Position numbers and translations under genes: made by a program. The notes under the pieces were generated by a model, which saw only the letters and a program-made list of their open reading frames with translations, had not been told where the DNA came from and made no database searches. A stretch of 58,654 bases of DNA, counting the filler, from Porpidia crustulata (taxonomy: Eukaryota): the NCBI GenBank assembly GCA_964255105.1. It is 4 parts of 4 records of this genome, joined end to end, with 100 filler letters (N's around TTAATTAATTAA, not from the genome) between each part and the next. Parts side by side here need not be neighbours in the genome. Positions count along the whole stretch, not along the records: positions 44,117 to 58,654 come from CAXUWE010000372.1; 3 more parts are not named here. One strand, given 5' to 3'. Of this stretch, positions 49,601 through 58,654 are shown piece by piece (the first letter of the stretch is position 1; every line of letters begins with the position of its first letter).

Positions 49601-50627
49601 ATTCCATCGCTAAACGTCCGAACAGCTGATTGTTGAAGCTCATTGCTGCCATATAGAGGACTGAGATCAAGGTATGAAGAAGTGTCGACTCTATTGGGGT
49701 CTTTGTCGTTTGTACGGAATAGATCTGAACGGAAGAACAGATAAGTTGTGGATATCAGGATTGGAAGAATGTATGAAGTAATGCTGTATGAAGCAGGATA
49801 AGCCGTCTGGTAATACGGGAACTTGACTTACCATGGATGATTATGATTGCGAGGTAGAACAGCATGCTAGATATCTTGCTAGGATGTTCTTTTGCAGTCC
49901 CTTCGCGGGCAAATAAAGCTTTAAAGTCTAAATAACCTCCGGTTTCCAGTATGATATTTGGCGGAACAATACGTACAGTCGAAAATCTGTCCTGGATCCG
50001 GGAGTATAGCTGGTAGCTGGATTACTGGAGTGACACTGCGTGCATAATAGGAGCCCGCCTTCCCGAGGTTTGGGTACTTCACGCTCTAGTAAGGCATGTC
50101 AGAGCTTGCGAAAAGGCTCAAAACAAAGTCTTTGGAAAGGGGGTTTTCCTACGTTGTTGGAGCCATCAGCGGTACGATATTTGTACTCATCTCCTAGATA
50201 AGAGAGTGGAGGGTGCTGAAGATCATTCCATAGATTTTTGATAAGTGCCCCTGTCAGTAAGCTTGCACCCTTAGAGTTGTCGGGAAGTGATGTAGCCAGT
50301 TGGATTATCCGTTCAATCTGAGGGGCGGTCAATCGAAACAAAGATTCGTGGCTATTGGAGAAATAGTGTAAATACCAAGTAAGTCTTGTCGTTGATCAGT
50401 CTACCATTGACTTCAGTCTGGATACCCGATACGATGAGGCCGATATCCTCGGGGATCCGCATTTCCTGACTTGCCAAATCATGGACAACGCTACTGAGGA
50501 GGTTCTGCGCGACGGTTTCGTCAATGCTGTCACCTTGACTAGTCCTATGTGACTTTCGTACTAGATGGCCGAACTTATCCAGCAGACCTTTACGCAGGTC
50601 TGGGGAGATGGGACTCGGAGAAGTCAT
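46634..50627 (-). CDS. ppo: Ppo-family fatty-acid dioxygenase-cytochrome P450 fusion (linoleate diol synthase type), multi-intron
   Basis: LQHPPLSYLG..YKYRTADGS, SSYLDLSPLYG, VEFNLIYRWH (catalytic Tyr and proximal His), TLNEFRKHF, SDAVALSRGDRFYT; P450 part LEACR (ExxR) and FGFGPHACLG (heme Cys). Stop at 46634-46636. Confidence 0.95.
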
Positions 50628-52414
50628 AATGATAAAATTGTGCTTAGGGGGTTGAGGATGCGAAATGCTAAGTTTGAAGGATGATGAGAGATGATCGTAG
50701 GGATGTAGGTGGATGTCGAATTATATTGTTGGGCGGTGTATGATGTGATGCAATATCACAAGACGTCTTGAAATGGAAGGGGCAACCTGGCCAAGAGTGA
50801 ATAAGTGCACTGCACCGCCTGCTATCACCAGAAGCCAAAGAAGGTATGGCAGTGTGAAGAAAATGGTGGCTTAGCACAGAAACAATCTAATCCCGAAAAT
50901 TACAAAGAATCCGGTCTTGCTCAGAGCCGAAGATCTTCCACTCAAACCATGGCCGAATTCTACGCCGCATGATGTTACACTTCCGATCTCCAAGCATGGT
51001 ATGAAATATCTTGAGGGCACTAAGAGACTTGTTTGTCAAATGCTGGCGGGCATATGACAATTGGAGAGGGGTAGAGAGGTTTTTTCTTGAAGACCAAAAG
51101 AGCGTATTTCTTAAGACCTGTGATAAGACGAATGTGTAACATGTCCCATAGGTGAAAACTCAAGAATGGTTGCTACCATTCTTATTCTCGCTTTGCGACG
51201 GACTAAGGATCATTCGGCGTTCACTTTTAGAGGAAATGAGAAGCTGAAGATGTTGCGGCTCGTAGCCTCATCATCAGATTCTCATTTGAATAAATCTTGG
51301 CGCCCATGACCATGCATGAAATGTGGAAATTTCAAGAGAACAAGCGATACTCGGTCGGTAAACACGCCCATTTTCTTGGGACACACTGAGAGGAAGAATA
51401 TTCGGGCTCAGGACTAGACCTGAGGAGGTATGTCATCCTAGAGGCATGAGCAGCGCACAGGACAAGCGTGATAAATTAGAAAAGTATACAGAAAGTTTGG
51501 CAGAGCGCCTTGTCATTATGAGCCCCCCACCAGGGTAGCTTAGCTGGACAAGCAATAGAGTTTGTCCTCATCTGTCGTCGTAATCTACGTATAGATCTGT
51601 TCTCTCGAATTCATCGGGTGATACCATCACTCGGGTAGTCAGACGAATTTTCTTTGTCCTCGGAATTGCGGCAGCTTACCTTCAGCCAAAAAGCCTCAGT
51701 CTTGATGAGACTTCTTACACATATCACATATCATATTGTGCCACGGACCACAGAATAGTTATTGAACCTTCTAGACTCAATGTGACAAGTGTATGCCCGT
51801 AAAGCGAACCCCGACAACCCGCATTGATGGGGACAAAGCCGAGGATTAGAAAAGGCCAAGATGTTGCTCTACGTTCACTCGGTAATGTGCTCCTGGAGAA
51901 TGGAGATTATCTTCGTGCACGGGTATGTTGAGGACGGTGGTATATGTATGATTCTGGGTGGAGTTGTAAATCGGACATTTATTTAGAATATTCGACTGAG
52001 TCAGCAATCATGTCTCCCGTCACATGACCTTAGGGGTATTGTCTGAGATATCGTCTGGGATACCTACCTACAGTGCCTACCATCCTGCCTACCTGTCTGC
52101 CTAGAGTAAGGAAGTATTTTAATTAGAAGATGATAGGACTAGCACAGTCAGCCAGTCGTTGTTCTGCATTCAATTCATATTCGGCCACTCTTCTGGGTTA
52201 TGTTGATTTATATAGTGAGATGGTCCCTTGAAATATCAAGTGGGCCGAGGACTTGTGATATGCTCCTAATCATACGAAGCCCAAGAAAATTTAGGTACAT
52301 ATTAATAAAAGTGAGAGCCCGCCTGCACCTCTATCGCAGTAGGGAACGCCCAAACGCATCTCTTTCGATAAGTAAACCTGCTCTACCTTCCATATAATTA
52401 CAAAAAGCTACCGT

Positions 52415-53510
52415 TTAGCTCATAGCCATGGGTACCGCTCCTAAAAGATGAGATTAGCCTTGTGTTTTTCGAAGTTCCAACAAGTCTTAGGGAGAAGAAT
52501 TACCAGACATTCCCCCGTACATGCCAATACCAGCGCCAGCAGGGAACGCTGCAGTCCCGCAAAGACATGAACATGAACATGCACCAGTACCACCACTCGC
52601 CATCATAGAGCCTGTGTTGGATTCCATCGTCGAACTGGCTGAACTTGCAGCTGGCGCCGCAACTGCCACCGCTGACGAGACTGCACTAGACACCGCAGAG
52701 GAGACAGCGGCTGGGGGAGCGGCAGCTGGAGGAGCGGCAGCTGCAGCCGGAGCCATACCGGTGGCAGCAGTCCCATTCTGCTGCATAGCTGCCTGCATGA
52801 ACATATCTTGCGTCTTGTTTGCTGTAGGATTTATGCTGAAAGTCATGCCTGCACCGCAATGTCCTTTTTGTTTGCAGTAGAACCCTATTGAGCATTAAAC
52901 ACCATAATGCCAGCAAGGACGACGATGGTCATGACTTACAAGCTGGCTTAGTGTCCATGACCTGCACCATGAACGATGGAGGAGGGTTCACTGCGTCATT
53001 TGTATTAGGCAAGAAGCCTGAGTCCTTTCCGCCAGCCATCTTAACACAAGGTAATGGAAATGTCGATTGAGTGAGAGTATGGTTCGCCGATTTAAAATTG
53101 AACTGAATCATATCTCCCAAAGCAGCCATTATCGTATTAGGAACGAACACCTTTCCAGCGGAACCCCCAACCGTCACCTATGGTACCCAAAAGATAAGCT
53201 ATACAGATCTTCAGAAGCGGTTGGCTTATAATCATACCTGGTGCGTCATGCCTGACATCATTGACGGTGATGCAATGTTCTGCATTGCTGACCCGCCACC
53301 CATGGACCATTGAATGACATTGATGGTAACATCTACGTCGATTTTGACATTCGTCTTATCGCCACCACTCATCTCACCAGTTTTTTGGCTGGGCATTTGG
53401 CTACCACTCATCTTGTCATCGGCTATCATGCTTCCACCCATCATCGGCTCGCCACTCATGGTTGCCAAGACAGCAGAGAAGTATGCCGCAAAGAATATTA
53501 GTCGAGTCAT
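52415..53510 (-). CDS. Secreted cupredoxin-domain, Ser/Ala/Met-rich protein (4 exons)
   Basis: Signal peptide; THQVTVGG...GDMIQFNF.SANHTLTQSTF..PC; WFYCKQKGHCGAGMTFSIN (type-1 Cu ligands H, C, H, M); C-terminal CSCSCLC. Confidence 0.88.
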
Positions 53511-54917
53511 GACGAAAGTTTTGATGGCGTGAACTTGATGTAGTCCAAAGCCAGTTGCGTTGTTAGACCGGAAACTTTTGGGATGACAAAGAGACGAGTA
53601 TACAGTGGCTCAAATATTATAAGGCAAAAATGAATGTACGTATTACGTCGAGGGCCTGCTCGTAGAGTAAGGAAGGTAGAACTGCAGGAAAGAATGAAAG
53701 AGAGGAATAGTCTCTGCAAAAGCTAGCCAAGAGAAAGGGAGCTTCAAGGGACATGTGAGAGTTTATCTAAATCTGATGAGGCATCATATCCTGGCTTTGG
53801 CTGGGCTGCAACGTAAAGAGTCTCATGCCTACGAGATTGTAGACTGCCAAAGTCACAACAGCTATGTGCGGTTGAATGAAACCGCTCATTGCATTGACGC
53901 AATTCTGCACCCAGCCAGAGCACTTCCTAAAGAGGGCGCTTATTTCTATGGGTGAGATTGTTCGCATGATTTTTGAATGCTCGGTAACCGACTTGCATGT
54001 CTCATCCGCGTCTCGAAGTTTTGGTGTTTCAGAACAATCCTTGGATCACGATCGTCAACATATTCCAGTTCATGCAATACGTCCTATTCTAGGCTGCGAA
54101 CCCTATCAAATTAGCCTCGTAATCGAAAATTAGGTTGATGTTATTTATCATTCAAGCGCCGCAGACGTTACTTAACAAGTCGCTTCAACACCTACTACCA
54201 GAAAGGTGATCACTAGGATTGCTTTGTAGGATTTACGCAGGACGTCTACTACCCAAGCAAGGGATTAGACTTATTCAGACGATATGCATACAACTAAATC
54301 AACTGTTGGTATAAGAAATAATTTCCTCGTCAGTCTCGGATATACTTAGGTAGAAGAAAGAGGCCAACTTCTAGTGTCCTCGACTAAGATGTTATTATAT
54401 CACTTTATAAGCTTTTAGTAATCTTTCTCTACCTTTTCATTCGATTCAAAAATTAGACCTAGTGAATCTGAATGTACGACTCTTTATTGTCTGGATGGGG
54501 TGATGCGCCAGAAAAATTGAGCGTTGGGTAGCTTGGGTGACCCATTTTGTCTTTAACATTGTGTGCTTGAGAATAAGAACATTGACCATAGAGACGGCAT
54601 TTAATCGATTTCCCCCTGTATTTGGGTGATTGCATGACTGTTCCGGATCATGTGCTTGGTCCTGATCGACCGAGAGCTAGCTTGGCTGTCCAAGCTGCGT
54701 CACTGCACCGAGAGGATCAGTTGCTACTCTACCTGGATATGTAGAGTCAAATCTTAGGATGCGTACCTTTGCAGATACCGGAGAATGGGCTTGCCGTTGT
54801 CATGAGACAAACTAAGACCGTGCCTGCTCCATTGACACTCAACCGTTTAGATAGCGCGATGATGCGCAACGAAATGCGTCAGTTCATGTCTTGTGATCTG
54901 GTCACAAATTTTCACTG

Positions 54918-55628
54918 TCAAGACTTTGCTGCCTGTGTTTGGCATTCGTAGAGCCCCGTATAATATCCGGCATAGTACCAGGACATCATTAAATTCTTCA
55001 AGGCGTCGTCTTGGACTGTGACACGAACCATGTAAGCAAAGATACACTGCTACGTGAGCGCGCAGAAAGCCTCCTTACCTCCAGCCAAGATTGCGGTAGG
55101 AGCGCTAGATACATTGGACGAAATTCCTTCGGTGTTATGGTCTGGAAGAACTGACTGATCGGGATGTGTTCCTGACGTTGCCTGTCGTACGGGTGAGCTG
55201 AGTTGTAGAATAGGATCGTTGATAAACGAAACCTTCTCTGGTGTATTGCCATTGATTTCTGGTACCTGTTCTTTGGCCGCAGGCTCGATTTTTTCATCTT
55301 CCCCTTCTTCCCCATCCTCCAGTTCCCCGTCCTCCAGATCGTCCGGAGCAGTCTGATTGGAATGCGCAGCTCTAGTATTGTCATGAGCACCGTAACCATT
55401 CGTATTCATGACCTCCCCATCCGCAAGCACTACGTCTCGCAACACGTCTTCCACTCGTTCTCCTCGTGCGTGTATACTGTGATATTGCTGTTCTTGTAAT
55501 GAGTAAGCTTACTCTTCTAAATTATCTTCACTTACCTTGTACTCTTCGAGCGCATCGTTCCAGGACTGTACCAAAGCAGAGTCGTCCCAGACCTCTGCTT
55601 GGGAGAGCTGTTTCTTTTTTGTACCCAT
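54918..55628 (-). CDS. smn1: Survival motor neuron (SMN) homologue
   Basis: N-terminal Gemin2-binding WDDSALVQSWNDALEEYK|QYHSIHA and C-terminal YG box NLMMSWYYAGYYTGLY. Two GT-AG introns. Confidence 0.9.
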
Positions 55629-55948
55629 GTTGTCAAAGATTGTGGAATCGAACTTCATCCAACGATAAGTGAGGACTGATTCGAAACAGGCCAATGCGGG
55701 ATGATGCTGGGTACCACTTTTAGCGCTAGAGGGGCTCTCAAAATCATGGCATGAGGCGCAAAGGAAAACAAACAAAAAGCACACGCGCCGCACAGTAAAG
55801 TCACTTCTTCACACACCCTCAACGCATTTCCCATTGACACTTTTATCTTCGCTGTGTCGCCTCGTTATTCTACATCTGTTAAGTCACAAGTGAGATTGTA
55901 ACCAGTGCTGCTGTCATAGTCATCCTCTTTACGTCCTAAGTCGCAAAC

Positions 55949-58654
55949 ATGCCCAAGTCGAAAGCAAAGAAGCCCACTGAGGATCCAATGCTACCACATC
56001 CGCAGCCGTTCCCCAAGGGAATGGATACAACCATCGAGGAAGATGTAGTAGCCGCGCCCCGTGTATCGCGCAAGCGTGGTGGAGATTTTGATGACTTTGA
56101 AGGTCAAGACAATACCAAGGCACCTTCGAACAAGCCCATTGAAAACAAGGCTACAGAGGTCGAAGCAGACAGTGCTGAGATACTGCCGAGTACAATTACG
56201 AAAGTCAAATCCGGAAAGAGCAAAGTGGAGAATACAGAAGCACCGCCAAGCAAATCCGCGAAAACCAAAGCTGGGAAGAGTCAAGAGAACAAGGAGGAAG
56301 TAGCTTTGAAGAGCCCTACTAAAACCAAGGCTGGGAAAGCTATAGAAGACAATGGTGAGGCAACATCGAAGAAGTCTACCACACCTAAAGCTGGAAAGGG
56401 CCAAGAAGGGAATGATGAGGTGCCCTCAAAGAAGCCCGCCAAACCCAAGGCTGGAAAGACAAAGGCCGAAAAGGCAGCTGATCCTTCTGCTCTACCACAA
56501 CCGCAACCTTTCCCTAAGGGACTGGACACGACAATCGAAGAAGATGTAGTCGGCGCGCCGAGGCGAAAATCTCGTAAGCGCGGTGGTGACTTTGATGATT
56601 TTGAAGGGCAAGATGACAACGCTGAAGCACCAGCGAATAAGACCACCAATACGAAGGCTAGAAAATCAAACAAAAAGGCGAAATCGTCGAGTGCAGCTGA
56701 CGAGACTGCCAAGGGAGAGGAGACTCCTGACGACAAGGACGATGTTGATGCGACAGAGGTTTCCAAAGCTAAGAAGAGCAAGGTCGCGAAAGGGAAAGCA
56801 ACTGATGCTGCGACAAATGACACTGCAAAGCCCGCTGCGAAAGAAAAAAAACCCCAAAAGGCAAAAAGTAGCGAAACCAAATCCGATTCGATACCTAAGG
56901 ATGGTGCTTCCACCACAAAGCCTGCAGCGAAGGAACCCAAACCTAACAAATCGAAAAAAACGGACACAAGCGCAGTCGACGCACCGGAACCTGCGGAGAA
57001 GGTATCAAAGACAAAGAAGGCGAAGAAACCTGTTGTGGAGCCTGTGGCAGATGAGAAGAAGGATGTTTCCGACAAACCCAAGGCTGGTCCTGGTAGGCCT
57101 CGAAAAGCTGCTGCTGAGCCAAAGGACAAGTCCAAAAAGGCAATAGCAACTCAAGCGAAGGACGATAAGGTGCCTGATGAAGCGGGACCAGGTGAAGATC
57201 TGGCTATGGATGAAGGGCCATTCAACGCTCTCTTGGAGTCTGAGAAGGGGAAACTACCAAACGTTAACGAGGGTGGAAAACCGAAACCAGCCTCTAAATC
57301 TAAGAAAGAAAAAAAAGCAGAGGCAGTAATAGACAATGCAGAACCTTCGAAGAAAGCACCCAAGGCCACTAAAGCTCAGAAGTCGAAAGAGGAGAAGAAA
57401 TCGAAAGATGACGAGCCGAAAGTAAAGGGCAAGGGCAAAGGTAAAACGGCTGTCAGTGCTGAACCAGAAAGCACTGCCGACGCGACCAAGTCAAAGAAGC
57501 GCAAAGCTACTGCCAGCGCTGATGTTGACGCTCTGAAGACCGATGTACTTGACCCATTAGCTGAGCACGCGTCGTCTAAGAAGAAGCAAAAGAAATCTAA
57601 GAGCTCTCTTGGAATCGCTGGAGATAAGCTTGGAGAACTGCTCGCTTCGGGCCTAGATGCTGCCACTCAGGCTGCCGATGCCGCCAAAGAATACATCACA
57701 GATGCCACCACTGGTGCACAGAAGTCTATCATGGGCGATGTGACCAAGGTCGCAGAGGCAGCTGTAGATGTAAAGAACGAGGTGAAGGGTAATAAGGGTA
57801 AGAGTAAGGGGAAGGGAAAAGAAGCAGTGGCAGCGGGTCCAAGTGTGACTGCCGATACTGGTGAGGTGGAAGAAGCTCATGATTCCGTCATGCAAAATGA
57901 AGGCGATGAAGATGAATCGGACGTAGAGGAGGACGACCAAACCGCGGCTCTCATTAAAGGATTTGACAATGAAGAGTCGGACACCAACGAAGAAGTACGA
58001 ACAGGGTTCCAGCCAGGACAAGACGTGCCCGCTCTCCCAGAAGGCAAGCAAATCCCCAAGAAGATCAAGGCCATCAAATCGACCGACGACGGGCCCGGCG
58101 TCGTCTACGTAGGGTGAGTCATCCCATCTCCACCCATCCCCTTAATGCTCAATACTAATCCACAACCCCCACTCACAGCCGCATCCCCCACGGCTTCTAC
58201 GAACACGAAATGCGCCAATACTTTTCCCAATTCGGCCCCATCGCCCGCCTCCGCCTGTCGCGCAACAAACGCACGGGCAACTCCCGCCACTTCGCCTTCA
58301 TCGAATTCGAGTCCGCCGCCATCGCCGCCATCGTCGCCGACACCATGGACAACTACCTCATGTTCGGCCACATCCTCAAGACCAAGCTCGTCGCGCCCGA
58401 GCACGTCCGCGACGGCCTCTGGAAGGGCGCCAACAAGCGCTTCAAAACCGTGCCCTGGAACAAGATCGAGGGCAGGAAGTTGGACGCCGGCGCCGGCCGC
58501 GAGCAGTGGGGGAAGCGCATCGAGAAGGAGGAAGGGAGGCGCGCGAAAAAGGGCGAGATGTTGAGGGAGATTGGATATGAGTTTGAAGGCGCGGCGCTCA
58601 AGTCCGTCGATGCCGTACAGGTCAAAGACAACACCCAGCTCACCGCTGCTGCTG
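55949..58654 (+). CDS. NOP15: Nucleolar RRM ribosome-biogenesis protein Nop15/NIFK with a very long Lys-rich N-terminus (runs off the window)
   Basis: Intron 58114-58178 joins PGVVYVG to RIPHGFYEHEMRQYFSQFG...RLSRNKRTGNSRHFAFIEF...TMDNYLMFGHIL, typical of Nop15/NIFK. Confidence 0.9.
55991..56641 (+). repeat. Intragenic duplication of a ~50-codon module (55991-56133 and 56492-56641) flanking ~20-aa KAGK repeats
   Basis: LPHPQPFPKGMDTTIEEDVVAAPRVSRKRGGDFDDFEGQD vs LPQPQPFPKGLDTTIEEDVVGAPRRKSRKRGGDFDDFEGQD. Confidence 0.9.

Noticed and set aside
56281..57135. 284-aa hydrophobic antisense ORF
   Set aside because: Mirror of the Lys/Ala-rich NOP15 coding strand.
1..58654. CRISPR arrays, tRNA/rRNA genes, intact transposases or Starship tyrosine recombinase
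   Set aside because: No regularly spaced repeats, cloverleafs, rRNA signatures or DDE/RT/YR motifs were recognised by eye.

Overview
Eukaryotic DNA from a filamentous ascomycete (Pezizomycotina-type genes with short GT-AG introns). The window is not one locus. It is four unrelated contigs of decreasing size (1-14613, 14714-29324, 29425-44016, 44117-58654; 14613, 14611, 14592 and 14538 bp) joined by artificial 100-bp N44-TTAATTAATTAA-N44 spacers. Contig 1 is a decaying accessory region. It holds a PD-(D/E)xK-like pseudogene, an amidase fragment and two small TA-flanked fold-back (MITE-like) elements that each enclose telomere-type CCCTAA units. It also holds a disrupted, intronless four-domain fusion (SAM methyltransferase-like + FAD-linked oxidase + animal-type phosphomevalonate-kinase-like + APRT-like) lying head-to-head with a disrupted Zn-dependent deaminase gene; this pair is the best candidate for an undescribed system. 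Contig 2 has the 5' end of a bZIP gene, about 9 kb of gene-poor degenerate DNA and the 5' part of an alpha-1,3-glucan synthase. Contig 3 has the 3' end of RAD5, a hydrophilin with a dehydrin-K-like tail, a CCCH-ankyrin-ClpB-type AAA+ protein, a GT32 mannosyltransferase, a membrane-anchored pseudo-aspartic protease and a DUF3632 gene. Contig 4 has RAE1/GLE2, an RNase MRP RNA gene (invisible to the ORF track), a Ppo dioxygenase-P450 fusion, a secreted cupredoxin, SMN and a NOP15/NIFK-like gene with an expanded, internally duplicated N-terminus. All calls come from reading motifs by eye; no database searches were run.
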